IMG/VR virus record: IMGVR_UViG_3300021256_000063
Coordinates: 1-64,000 of that record
Length of the DNA stretch: 64,000 bases
Origin: a virus
Lineage: Duplodnaviria; Heunggongvirae; Uroviricota; Caudoviricetes
Strand: one strand, 5' to 3'
Shown in pieces: positions 28,967 to 38,175 of the stretch. The position numbers and the translations under genes were made by a program. Numbering within the stretch: position 1 is the stretch's first letter; each line of letters opens with the position of its first letter. The notes under the pieces were generated by a model that worked only from the letters and a program-made list of their open reading frames with translations, searched no databases and was not told where the DNA came from.

Positions 28967-29194
28967 TCACCATTCAACTACAAACCAATGATTTTCAGCG
29001 TTCTGTCCGGTTGTTACCTTAAATCCTAACAATTTTAACAATTTATTTTCATCCTTTGTAAGAATGTCATAGCAAGCATAGTTGTAATACCCGTTTAATG
29101 CGCGCTCTTTAATTTCTTTTAAAATATTATCACCTTCTTCATATTCATTAACTATATCAGCTACCCTTCTTAAATTTTCTGCCGTAACACTCAT
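28967..29194 (-). CDS. small protein, family A
   Basis: LLKLLGFKVTTGQNAENHWFVVEW. Confidence 0.5.
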   Translation of the reverse strand: MSVTAENLRRVADIVNEYEEGDNILKEIKERALNGYYNYACYDILTKDENKLLKLLGFKVTTGQNAENHWFVVEW

Positions 29195-29203
29195 ATCTAT
29201 ATC

Positions 29204-29455
29204 TCACCATCCAATCTTTGTAAATGTCTTATCACATATCTTTCGCACGTCCACTATATAGCCCATTTTTCTTAATTGCTCTATAATTGGTTCGCTTAAC
29301 TCACCCTGAAAGCCATATACAAAATTACCTTGCTTTGCCTGTTCATAGATACCCTCAAGCACGTAATCTTCAAATTCATGCGGCTCAATATATGAAGAGG
29401 CCAATTCATGCATTTTATGCGCCGATTCTAATCTCACCACTCGATCACCACCCAT
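29204..29455 (-). CDS. small protein, family A
   Basis: QLRKMGYIVDVRKI...KIGW. Confidence 0.45.
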   Translation of the reverse strand: MGGDRVVRLESAHKMHELASSYIEPHEFEDYVLEGIYEQAKQGNFVYGFQGELSEPIIEQLRKMGYIVDVRKICDKTFTKIGW

Positions 29456-29670
29456 CTAACGTCACTTTGGCTCTCAGTTACCTTATAGCCCAGTATTCTT
29501 AATGAGGCAATTGTTTCAGGTGAAATATGACTCGTTACATAATAAGAGTATTCATCGAGTGCTCGTTTCCTAATATTATTATAAATACTAGTATCTATGA
29601 GCTGTGTTTTCATTACTTTAGTTACTGCATGCATATCTCGTGCGTTTAATACATTATCTTTCAAACTCAT
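29434..29670 (-). CDS. small protein, family A
   Basis: LRILGYKVTESQSDVRWVVIEW. Confidence 0.5.
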   Translation of the reverse strand: MSLKDNVLNARDMHAVTKVMKTQLIDTSIYNNIRKRALDEYSYYVTSHISPETIASLRILGYKVTESQSDVRWVVIEW

Positions 29671-29974
29671 CTTGTAACTCCCATCTGTTTGTCTTAATTA
29701 TTCTATCCCAATTGTCCTCGACCACAGGTCGGATCACATGTATCTGTTCATTGGTCAGGTGACGCTTAAAATTAAATAAGAATCCGTGTTCTTTAAACGT
29801 CACACAATGAATCTCACACCAGCCCATATCAAGCAACGTCTCTTCAGGATGTGGTGTCCATTCTCCAATTAGTTCGTCAGCGGTCGCTAGGTATTCCATG
29901 TAATCGCATGGGTAGAAATCGCCATTCGGTGCAAGCCAGCCTGTGTCTAATTCTGTAAAAGGTTGTTTATTCAA
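29654..29974 (-). CDS. hypothetical protein
   Basis: 106 aa ORF. Confidence 0.45.
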   Translation of the reverse strand: MNKQPFTELDTGWLAPNGDFYPCDYMEYLATADELIGEWTPHPEETLLDMGWCEIHCVTFKEHGFLFNFKRHLTNEQIHVIRPVVEDNWDRIIKTNRWELQDEFER

Positions 29975-30428
29975 TGTGTAAATTCTCCTTCATCCACTGA
30001 TCATTTTCTTCTTGTTTCGCCGCTAAATCTCGCTGTAATTCTTTGATTAAATTTGCTTGAATTTCCGTTCGTTTCATTTTTTCTTTTTGCTCTTTGTAGC
30101 GTTTAATAAATTTTCTATATTTACAATAATCAAAATATGTTTTAAATGAAACGCCCTTATATTTATAATTAACACTAAATTCATTTAACCCAAAATTTTC
30201 TGGCATTATACTATATAAAGAATAGAATTCTTCAAATGTCAATTCAGGATTATCCCAATTCTTTATATAACATTCCCAATCATGTATAGAATTGCGCAAC
30301 TTGACTGTTAAGATAATTATGCCCACCATTATGCCTATCATTAGGAGCCATAACCACCACGGTTCAATTTTACAAAAAATAATTAATAACAAAACAATTT
30401 CTATAATAAGTGATATGTTTATTTTCAT
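29967..30428 (-). CDS. membrane protein, cassette copy 1 (paralog of the gene at 31611..32051)
   Basis: Two N-terminal transmembrane helices. The conserved block FEEFYSLYSIMPENF...FKTYFDYCKYRKF is followed by a coiled-coil tail. Confidence 0.55.
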   Translation of the reverse strand: MKINISLIIEIVLLLIIFCKIEPWWLWLLMIGIMVGIIILTVKLRNSIHDWECYIKNWDNPELTFEEFYSLYSIMPENFGLNEFSVNYKYKGVSFKTYFDYCKYRKFIKRYKEQKEKMKRTEIQANLIKELQRDLAAKQEENDQWMKENLHIE

Positions 30429-30439
30429 GTTAACCTCAT

Positions 30440-31120
30440 TTACCCCCAGTAATTAATAGCCTCTTGTCGTTCCATGAAAAAGTGGATACCGGGCGCACAT
30501 TCATGCCAGCGATTTTCGCAAAAATCAGGCGCCATTACGACTTTATTAGGCTCATATATAAAATGTGGATCATACGCAGAATACGCTCTATCTACAGGTT
30601 TACCGTCTAATGTTTGTACATCTAATACTATAGCTTTATTACATCTGCATTTACGATTACACGCACTACTTCGTTTAGCTTCAGCGGGGATGAAGAGTTT
30701 AATTATACATGGAATTCGTTGTCTCATAATAGGATCGACTTCTAAATCTATATGTAATTCTTTATATGCTTTCTTCCATCCAATAAAGTCGCCTTCAACT
30801 GGACAAGCCATCGGAACATAGGGCTGTGTGCCATTAAAGTCACACCAATCTACAATTGCTTTAAATGTTCCTTTAAAAGTACAATTATTAAAAACACATT
30901 CTATAAAAATATCACAAGTGTGTTCACTAAAAACGCAATAATCAAAACAGCAACCTTGAAAAGTAACTGCATTTTGCCCATCAAGACAACTATACCAAAT
31001 TTTATCAATTCTATCTAAATTAAAGCCTATAAAATTACAGCTATCATATACTATATCAAGTGAATGCCATAGGAATTCCGATGTGTAAGAAGGATATATC
31101 TTTTTATTTTTAATAATCAT
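30440..31120 (-). CDS. pentapeptide-repeat-like / Cys-rich protein, cassette copy 1 (paralog of the gene at 32048..32650)
   Basis: Shared blocks NCTFKGTF, QPYVPMACPVEGDFIGWK, RKCRCNKAIVL and GIHFFMERQEAINYW. Confidence 0.55.
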   Translation of the reverse strand: MIIKNKKIYPSYTSEFLWHSLDIVYDSCNFIGFNLDRIDKIWYSCLDGQNAVTFQGCCFDYCVFSEHTCDIFIECVFNNCTFKGTFKAIVDWCDFNGTQPYVPMACPVEGDFIGWKKAYKELHIDLEVDPIMRQRIPCIIKLFIPAEAKRSSACNRKCRCNKAIVLDVQTLDGKPVDRAYSAYDPHFIYEPNKVVMAPDFCENRWHECAPGIHFFMERQEAINYWG

Positions 31121-31123
31121 AAT

Positions 31124-31453
31124 TTAATTATAACTCCTTTCAGGCAGTGCCAGCAGCTTTGAGATCGGCATCATTAACCAGTTACCATAGTTACTTTTAC
31201 CTTTACAATCTTCTTCAGGCCAGACAATAGGACAGTATTCACATACCCCAGACACGTATTCGCATAAGAAACAATAATAACGTAAATTATTAAATCCATG
31301 ATCGATGCACCAGTTCGCTTTATATAACACTCTATCAAATGCTGATGGACAGTCACCCAAATCCCGTTGCATATCGCTCCACATCTGACGATGATAGGAG
31401 AGTGCTTGCTCTTTAGTTAATTTCATTTCATCACCCCTCTGCAGCCGCTTCAA
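31124..31453 (-). CDS. hypothetical Cys-rich protein
   Basis: 109 aa ORF. Confidence 0.45.
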   Translation of the reverse strand: MKRLQRGDEMKLTKEQALSYHRQMWSDMQRDLGDCPSAFDRVLYKANWCIDHGFNNLRYYCFLCEYVSGVCEYCPIVWPEEDCKGKSNYGNWLMMPISKLLALPERSYN

Positions 31454-31610
31454 CGATTAGTACCATATATTGTATTACTATGCCAAATAATATTGGAAAG
31501 AAAATAGCAAAAAAGTCTCTAACGTCTTTTGGGTTTATAAATACTATATTTGATATCACCCATGCCAAAATAATAGTTGCCGTCATAAATTCAATATGTA
31601 TTCGTTTCAT

Positions 31611-32051
31611 TTAATTTAGATGCTCCTTCATAAAGTAATCAATGTCTGCTTGTTCTCGTACCAGTTCGCGTTGAAGATTGGCAATTAGTTCTGCCTGATT
31701 TTGAAGCTGCTCCTGCTGAATCTGACGTTTCTCAATATTTTTATGAAAATGCCGATATCGCATTACATCAATAAACGTCTTAAAGTCTACAGCGTCACCA
31801 CTATATTTTATGTCATAATCATTAAGTATAAAATCTTCTGGCATTACATGATATAAAGCAATGAACTGGCGGTAGGTAATTCTCGGAGTGGTGGAACAGA
31901 CTATATTCCACCAAGTCATATAAAAACACAATAATACCAGATCAATGACCCAAATTATAATCATCATTAAAAGTGCAAACCCATTACCCGTACAAAGGGT
32001 AAGAACTGCGGGCGCTATAAAAAAGAATACGAATATAATTATAGCTATCAT
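31611..32051 (-). CDS. membrane protein, cassette copy 2
   Basis: Start set at MIAIIIFVFF, which has an AAGGAG site. It aligns with the gene at 29967..30428 (YRQFIALYHVMPEDF...FKTFIDVMRYRHF). Confidence 0.55.
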   Translation of the reverse strand: MIAIIIFVFFFIAPAVLTLCTGNGFALLMMIIIWVIDLVLLCFYMTWWNIVCSTTPRITYRQFIALYHVMPEDFILNDYDIKYSGDAVDFKTFIDVMRYRHFHKNIEKRQIQQEQLQNQAELIANLQRELVREQADIDYFMKEHLN

Positions 32052-32650
32052 AGATTCTCCTTGTAATAATTCACTGCTTCTTGCCGCTCCATAAAGAAAT
32101 GAATACCATGTGAACATGCGTAGTTCCTGTCATTATCAAATTGGTCAGGATATACCCATTCGTTAACTTTATAATAAAAATCAGGCGACCACCGAGAACA
32201 AGCGATCTTATCCTCTGCTGGCGTCCCATCCACATTTTGAATCTCCAATACAAACGCCTTATCACATCGGCATTTGCGCTCTCCATAAGGCGAAACACGC
32301 CTTGCATCAGCTGGGATCAGCAGCTTAATCAACCGCCCATTACAATCTACTTTCCAACCGATAAATGCACCCTCAACTGGACAGACATAGGGAATATAAG
32401 GTTGATTACCAAGAAAGTCACAGTCTACTACATGAGCATTAAATGTATTCTTAAATGTGCAATTTATAAAAATACAGTTCATAAAAAATATAGAAAACGA
32501 TTCATCGAATGTACAATATTCAAATCTACAGGATAAGAAAGTAAATGGCAGATACCATTTCTTAAAATTAACTCCAATAAAATGACAATGCGTATAACTA
32601 TCAACTATATAAGGATAAGTACCCGGAAAATATTTCTTATCTGTTATCAT
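32048..32650 (-). CDS. pentapeptide-repeat-like / Cys-rich protein, cassette copy 2
   Basis: NCTFKNTF, QPYIPYVCPVEGAFIGWK, RKCRCDKAFVL and GIHFFMERQEAVNYY. Confidence 0.55.
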   Translation of the reverse strand: MITDKKYFPGTYPYIVDSYTHCHFIGVNFKKWYLPFTFLSCRFEYCTFDESFSIFFMNCIFINCTFKNTFNAHVVDCDFLGNQPYIPYVCPVEGAFIGWKVDCNGRLIKLLIPADARRVSPYGERKCRCDKAFVLEIQNVDGTPAEDKIACSRWSPDFYYKVNEWVYPDQFDNDRNYACSHGIHFFMERQEAVNYYKENL

Positions 32651-32665
32651 TTAATTTATGCCCCC

Positions 32666-32902
32666 TTATTCCCAACTAATACAATATTCTGGCATATTAT
32701 ATTGATTACCTGTAACAATATCATAGCCCAGTTCTTCCAATTTTTTTCGAACTGCTGGTCGCAACACCCCATCCCCATAATATTTATAATATCCCTGAGC
32801 CGAATCTTTATCGATGTTTTCCATTATTTCATTAAATTGGGACTGTTCATATTTAGATATAGCTGCTTTTGCACGCTGACGTGCCTGTTCTGCTGTTATC
32901 AT
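32666..32902 (-). CDS. small protein, family A
   Basis: KKLEELGYDIVTGNQYNMPEYCISWE. Confidence 0.5.
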   Translation of the reverse strand: MITAEQARQRAKAAISKYEQSQFNEIMENIDKDSAQGYYKYYGDGVLRPAVRKKLEELGYDIVTGNQYNMPEYCISWE

Positions 32903-32917
32903 TTATTTTTACCCCTC

Positions 32918-33172
32918 CTACCATATAATATATGTTACATAACCACTGTCTGTCCAAGATGACGAATGTGTGGTTATTGTATAACCAAGGTCTTCAAATG
33001 TACTTTTTACAAAAGGAGAAAGTTCATCATAATATTCACACGATGTTTCACCTTTAACAACAGCTTCTCCAATTTTATTATTAACGGTTTCGATCTCGTC
33101 CTTATAACGATATATCATTGAATATTCTCGTGCTTTTTCTGCGCTGTACAATTCGTTCATACTTTCTCCCAA
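32918..33172 (-). CDS. small protein, family A
   Basis: FEDLGYTITTHSS...YVTYIIW. Confidence 0.45.
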   Translation of the reverse strand: MGESMNELYSAEKAREYSMIYRYKDEIETVNNKIGEAVVKGETSCEYYDELSPFVKSTFEDLGYTITTHSSSWTDSGYVTYIIW

Positions 33173-33387
33173 TTAATATATGTAATACAACCACTGTGCA
33201 AACTAATAATTCCTACATTATAACCCATGTCTATTAATATCTGTTCAGTGGCTTCGCTGATCTCTTCTTCGATTAGACAACATGTCGTGTGCTTTTCTGC
33301 TGCAGTCCTGATTTTGTCTTCAATATATTTTAATTCTTCTGGATCAACACCTTGTGCGATTTTATATGCTTCTTGTGCTGTTATCAT
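33157..33387 (-). CDS. small protein, family A
   Basis: LIDMGYNVGIISLHSGCITYINW. Confidence 0.45.
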   Translation of the reverse strand: MITAQEAYKIAQGVDPEELKYIEDKIRTAAEKHTTCCLIEEEISEATEQILIDMGYNVGIISLHSGCITYINWEKV

Positions 33388-33499
33388 TTTATTTACCCCC
33401 CCCTATCATCTTATTTACCATCGAGTACAGAATTCGTTTGCTAAACAAATAATAATTAAATAACGATGCTGATAGTATGGTAGCGTATAATGCGCCCAC

Positions 33500-33505
33500 T
33501 GTCAA
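33500..33505 (-). promoter_or_regulatory. candidate -35 box (TTGACA on the minus strand) upstream of the family A array
   Basis: The reverse complement reads TTGACAGTGGGCGC...; the -10 is unclear. Confidence 0.25.
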
Positions 33506-34467
33506 GTATTTTTAATATAAGTATCTGCACACAGGTTTATAAGCGGCGACTTAATTGGCTTACTCGTTGCCAGTGCCCAGCTATTAGCCCATGCCACCAT
33601 CATTTGGTTCAATGATACCCCGGCCTCTTCAAGCTTGCGGGTATCCCGCTCAATCTGCCGCTCCATTCCCTCTTTTGTAAATACTATTTTGATGCAGTCA
33701 AATATTTGAAGGTCTGGGTCTGCCGACAGATGATGCAGCCGATAAAGCTGTGCCGCACATTCTTTATAGAAGCGGTCGTATAGATCAGACCTAAATACCA
33801 ATTGTCCTAAATTATCTAATCCCAGTCGGTCAAGTTCATTTCGCCGCACCCCCATTATAATGTCGGCCTCATCATCAGTCGCAATTCGTGTAGTCCCGAA
33901 CTCTTTAATAAGAAAACAATCAGAATATAAAATAAAAGACTGCTGCTGAAGACGGACTAGCGCACGCCTGAATATATTATTTAATTGTGAATACGACTGA
34001 CGGAAGAATGTCTGTATATTATATTGAATAACATCTTCAGGCAGTTTCCCAAATGGATAAAGTGGTGCCAGATCAACTGAAGCTGGGAACTGAGTGGTCT
34101 TATGAGAAAGTGACAGGTATTCGGGGTTGACCATATTAAGCTGCTCCCACCATTTTTTACGTCCCAGAACGGCTGTATTATTTTCCTGTTGAAGAAGATA
34201 ATTTAGGAGCAATATTTTAATCAACTTATCATATTTAGTACTGCGCTCATCTGGAAGGGGATGAGCATAGATTTCAGTTATGTAGTAGAGGCAGTCCTTG
34301 GGATCATAAACAAAGGACGCAAACTGGGACAGACGTCTGTTAAATGCTGTTCTGGAGTTACCACCTAATTTTGGCTGATCAAATACTTTATAAATTTCAG
34401 TAGAAGAGTAAATAGTGTCAGGGATTAATTTTTGGACAGTTTCTTGTGTAATGTTATAATCTTTCAT
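33502..34467 (-). CDS. hypothetical protein, first gene of the leftward arm
   Basis: AAAGGAG then 11 nt then ATG (MKDYNIT); about 321 aa; no motif recognised. Confidence 0.55.
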   Translation of the reverse strand: MKDYNITQETVQKLIPDTIYSSTEIYKVFDQPKLGGNSRTAFNRRLSQFASFVYDPKDCLYYITEIYAHPLPDERSTKYDKLIKILLLNYLLQQENNTAVLGRKKWWEQLNMVNPEYLSLSHKTTQFPASVDLAPLYPFGKLPEDVIQYNIQTFFRQSYSQLNNIFRRALVRLQQQSFILYSDCFLIKEFGTTRIATDDEADIIMGVRRNELDRLGLDNLGQLVFRSDLYDRFYKECAAQLYRLHHLSADPDLQIFDCIKIVFTKEGMERQIERDTRKLEEAGVSLNQMMVAWANSWALATSKPIKSPLINLCADTYIKNT

Positions 34468-34579
34468 ATTTTTGTTACTCCTTTCGTTTGTATTGTACAA
34501 AATAAGGTGAATGGCGTGAATCGCCTTATTTTAATTAGTGTTTTTATATGGACACTCAAAAAGTCCAATGTTTTCAGTA

Positions 34580-34641
34580 GGGGGTGTACAAAATTTGAAT
34601 ATAGTAAATACTCTTACTATATTCATTTTTCGTACACCCCC
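34580..34641. promoter_or_regulatory. 62-bp near-perfect palindrome (cruciform or hairpin) in the divergent control region
   Basis: GGGGGTGTACAAAATTTGAATATAGTAA-ATACTC-TTACTATATTCATTTTTCGTACACCCCC. Confidence 0.6.
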
Positions 34642-34787
34642 CTCCGTAAAATAAGGGTTTTTTGATGGTCGGATTGTACTACAATTTTAAGGCTAATAAA
34701 TATAAGGGGAATTCCTATATGGAAGGTCTCCACTCCCACAATGATAGTATAACAGGTATGTGTCAAGGTGTCAATAAATAATTAAAT

Positions 34788-35098
34788 AGTGGGGAAAATG
34801 ATTGGAATGGGGGAAATGTGGATAAGTGGGAGGGGATCATTATTTTAATTAATGAAATATTGGGGGAAGTGATGTGGATAAAATGGGGATAAGGGGAGGG
34901 GATAACCAGTGGATTCGTATTTTATTTGTTTTTGGAATGGGATTGGGGTGGGGTAGAGTTGGTGAAGAGAATGGGAGGGAGGAATAAAGTGTAATAAAAT
35001 GGATATGTTTTGTGAGTGTGAAATATTGGGGTATTGAAATAAATACTATATATAGTATGGGTATATGGGAACGGTGGTGTATTTTGTGGTGTGTGGAT
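34788..35098 (+). repeat. ~310 bp G-rich, C-depleted tract with many GGGG runs and iterated motifs (ATGTGGATAA twice; GGAATGGG(G) repeats)
   Basis: The plus strand has almost no C. G4-capable runs are present: tggggaaaatg, ggaatggggg, gtgggagggg, aaggggagggg, gattggggtgggg. Confidence 0.6.
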
Positions 35099-35182
35099 GA
35101 AGCTCGTTCCCGGAAATCCCTGATTTTATGCGGATCTTCCGGTTTAAATATGCCCCCTTTTAACCAAAAACAAACTATAATT

Positions 35183-35219
35183 TGTCAATGTTGACATATA
35201 CCATGGATATGCTATTGTA
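35183..35219 (+). promoter_or_regulatory. rightward sigma70-like promoter (TTGACA-16/17-TATTGT) inside the palindrome TGTCAATGTTGACA
   Basis: -35 at 35191-35196; -10 near 35213-35219. A second TTGACA lies on the opposite strand at 35183-35188. Confidence 0.45.
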
Positions 35220-35789
35220 TGGTCAGGCCGAGGGAAAAGCCACCGGGTGACAATCTGGTACACACAAGCGAATCCCTTGTCCACCATATCGTAGCAATCC
35301 CTACCTGGCTTCCAGGCGCAAGGGTGCGGAACGCAAGTTGAGAGGAGTGCGTTCAATGAATTGACAAATGAATAGGATTGTAGGCGTATGCCGGGAGACC
35401 GACTTCAAGGCGTGCTGTTCCCCAATGCCAAACTGGGGATGTAACAAGCGTTTAGGGTCAGACTATCCTTGTCATGTAGAAATTGGCAAGGCGTCCCTTT
35501 TCAGCAGGACATGGCACTAAAAAAGCAACGAACCCTCCCTCCGTCCAAAGGAAAAAGTCGAAACCACAATCCGATTTCTATATAGGTGCTTGGACTGATG
35601 GATGGTAGGCGGTCTCACAGACTTTTTGCGCCATTTGGCGCCGTCTTGGTCAAACGTGAATCCGACTGTTCCGGACGCCGGGGGTGACAACTCGCCGTGT
35701 GTGCAAAACAAGCGTTCGGTCTCGGGACTTGTTCCCGGTTCCAATTTTCATTTCAGTTTAGGGCTATGCCCGGAAAGGATGGTAACATC
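35220..35789 (+). ncRNA. ~570-nt GC-rich untranslated leader or structured RNA upstream of the first rightward gene
   Basis: GC is about 55% against about 35% in the flanks. No ORF has a ribosome-binding site. Many potential stems are present. Confidence 0.35.
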
Positions 35790-36692
35790 ATGGCAAAAAA
35801 GAACAACAATCTTAATCCCAATCAGTTTATCCCGAGTTGCGCTTCCTACGAAGAGGGTCTCGACCTCGCCGCTTATGCGGCGGCTGTTAACGCCGAGTGG
35901 GACGACACTTTCTCTATCCTGCTCGAAGAGGTGCAGGAACTGGGTGGCAACATCACCCCTGTCTCGGACGATGGCGAGTTCTTCCTTGTCCTGTCCGGTC
36001 TGGACAAAAAGTCCCCTGAGTTCAAGGCGGCTCAGTATACCTGCGGCCTGCTCGAAGACCTGCACAACTCCATCTCCCGGATGTACAAGGACGCCAAGCG
36101 TTCTATCGCCACTATGACCGGGACTGTCCCATCGGATATGTTGGCGGCTCGTGGTGTGTATCGCCGCTCCCGTGACCTGTACGCCGGGGGGTCTTATCAG
36201 GTAGAGTGCAAGAAGACCGAGAAGAACCCTGAGGGTCTCAAGACCGTGACCGCCAAGCGTGGTCTGGCGACCGTCTATGCTGAGTGGTTGTCTGCTATCA
36301 GTGCGGACAAGGTGACCGAGAAACAGGCGGCTAAACTGGCGGCTCGTCTCATGGAAGTGACCAACTTTGGTCGGGTTAATAAGATCGCCGGGTCTCACAA
36401 GTTCAAAGAACTCGGTGCCCGTGGGGTCGCTCAGGACGCCGTTAACGGTCTGCTCGGATACCTGTACAATGGCGCTTATGGCTACCAGTTGGACGACAAG
36501 GGGAACCCTGTCAAAGACGCCAATGGTCAGTTCGTCCAGACCGTCTATGGCGGCAAGTGGGAACTGAAGAAGAGTTTCAACCAGACCAGATTCTGCGTCC
36601 TGACCAAAAACGCCAAGGGTGAGGAAGTCAACGAAGAGTGCGGCGGCACCCTGATTCCTGAGGGCTATGAGATTGTCCGCAAACAGGCGTAA
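35790..36692 (+). CDS. hypothetical protein (GC-rich island gene 1)
   Basis: GGAAAGGATGG then ATG at 35790; high-GC codon usage; 300 aa. Confidence 0.6.
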   Translation: MAKKNNNLNPNQFIPSCASYEEGLDLAAYAAAVNAEWDDTFSILLEEVQELGGNITPVSDDGEFFLVLSGLDKKSPEFKAAQYTCGLLEDLHNSISRMYKDAKRSIATMTGTVPSDMLAARGVYRRSRDLYAGGSYQVECKKTEKNPEGLKTVTAKRGLATVYAEWLSAISADKVTEKQAAKLAARLMEVTNFGRVNKIAGSHKFKELGARGVAQDAVNGLLGYLYNGAYGYQLDDKGNPVKDANGQFVQTVYGGKWELKKSFNQTRFCVLTKNAKGEEVNEECGGTLIPEGYEIVRKQA

Positions 36693-36811
36693 ATTAAATC
36701 CCGGATTCCGACTCCCGGATTGATACCAGATAGGGCACGCAAGGACTCTACATCCTTACGTGCCCGATTGTGGTAACAATCATCATATCACTATCACGAA
36801 AGGGGGGCACT

Positions 36812-37081
36812 ATGTCCAAATTCATTGTCAAGTTTGAAATCCCGTCTCGCCGTACCTACGGCATTACCTGCCAGTCTGAACCGCTCCCTCAGTGGGCAAT
36901 GGCAGATTTCATCCAGTCCCTTACAGACTCCAACTATACCCTGCTGGGGGTGGAGACCGTGGAAGAATTGCCGCCTGAGGCGGTCTATGGCGATGAGGAC
37001 GAGGAAGAACTCTGTGCCGAGGACATTGTCGAAATGGACTGGGACGAGGAGCCAGAAGAAGAAATCATGGAAGAAGAGTAA
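36812..37081 (+). CDS. small acidic protein (GC-rich island)
   Basis: AAAGGGGGG site; C-terminal DEDEEELCAEDIVEMDWDEEPEEEIMEEE. Confidence 0.55.
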   Translation: MSKFIVKFEIPSRRTYGITCQSEPLPQWAMADFIQSLTDSNYTLLGVETVEELPPEAVYGDEDEEELCAEDIVEMDWDEEPEEEIMEEE

Positions 37082-37195
37082 GGGGGATCTATAACCATGG
37101 CAACAGGCACAATTTATCTCAGTGACATTCTGGATTCGTACTCCGAGTATGCCCAATACGGGGGCTACGAGGACGCCGAGGAATGAAATACCACC

Positions 37196-37278
37196 ACCAC
37201 GAGGGGCGCAGTATAGAGCATAGGGCACACGCTCATTCCCTGTACTGCGATTCACGGGTTCGACTCCCGTGACGTGGT
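37196..37278 (+). ncRNA. T-arm and acceptor-like tRNA-fragment-like element
   Basis: ACGGG-TTCGACT-CCCGT T-arm followed by GACGTGG. The 5' partner CCACGAG pairs at 5 of 7 positions. The interior folds as one long hairpin, not a cloverleaf. Confidence 0.3.
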
Positions 37279-37375
37279 CTCTGTCCCGACTGGGACTATC
37301 AGCAACAAGCACGCAATCACTCCGACTGCGTGCTATTTTTATGCCCGATAATTTTCGGGGGAAAGGGGTAACACT

Positions 37376-38164
37376 ATGGCTATGAATCCTGTTTTGGCGC
37401 TCATTAACTGCGATTCCGAGGACAAATTCGTCCGTGATATCGCTGAGGCATATTTCCAGAACCCTATCCATGTCCGCGATCTGTTGACAGAGGACTGCAT
37501 CGAGGCGTGTCTGGATGACTATATGCGCAATCAGGACGTGATTGCAGACATCCGTGACCAGCAGTCCGATTGCAACAACGAGGCCAAGCTGTCCGCAAAA
37601 CAGCGCCGTGCAAGACGCCGTGTGCAGAACCATGCACACAAGCAGTCTGACCGTGCCCACGGGAAAAAGCGTCCGATGTCCCGAAAGGACGCAGTCCGTG
37701 CGAACGATGACCAGGCACAGATGTCCCGTCCCATCGGGATGTGGTCTCTGTATCCAAATGGAGCGTGTCACTTCAGACCGTTCCAGCGGTCAAACAGGCA
37801 CAATAACCATCTGTCTTATGGACAGGAAGTGTTGAACATGCTCAAAGTAGCGTCAAAGCGGGTGACCGCCGAAGACGTCAACTGGGCAAAAGCAGTTGTC
37901 CAGAATGCTGCCGAAGAGGGTCAGGAATGGGCGATCCATGACTACCTCGCAGAACAGCTGGACTACTGTCCGACTCCCGAAAAAGAGGTTGCACTCTTGA
38001 CAGTAATCCTGCTGTCATGGTGGACGGAACAGTTTGACGGATATGTCAGCTGTGGTCTGCCCGCTACAGAAGACTGCTTTAACAGTATCAGTCACAGCAA
38101 CTGGTACAAGTGGGCGGTTAAGCAGGAAGTGCCTCTTATGGTAGAGGCATGGAAACAGGCTTAA
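37376..38164 (+). CDS. hypothetical protein (GC-rich island)
   Basis: GGGGGAAAGGGG site; 262 aa. Confidence 0.55.
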   Translation: MAMNPVLALINCDSEDKFVRDIAEAYFQNPIHVRDLLTEDCIEACLDDYMRNQDVIADIRDQQSDCNNEAKLSAKQRRARRRVQNHAHKQSDRAHGKKRPMSRKDAVRANDDQAQMSRPIGMWSLYPNGACHFRPFQRSNRHNNHLSYGQEVLNMLKVASKRVTAEDVNWAKAVVQNAAEEGQEWAIHDYLAEQLDYCPTPEKEVALLTVILLSWWTEQFDGYVSCGLPATEDCFNSISHSNWYKWAVKQEVPLMVEAWKQA

Positions 38165-38175
38165 TCCCAGATCCC

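Noticed and set aside
35380-35440. Resemblance of GGCGTATGCCGGGAGACCG... to a group II intron domain V.
   Set aside because: It shares only the CGUAUGC heptamer. The flanks do not form the DV helix or the AGC triad context, and no RT or maturase ORF is nearby.
36692-36730. Direct repeat TCCCGGATT x2 after the stop of the gene at 35790..36692, considered as a terminator.
   Set aside because: It is a direct repeat, not an inverted one, so no hairpin forms. It is probably coincidental.
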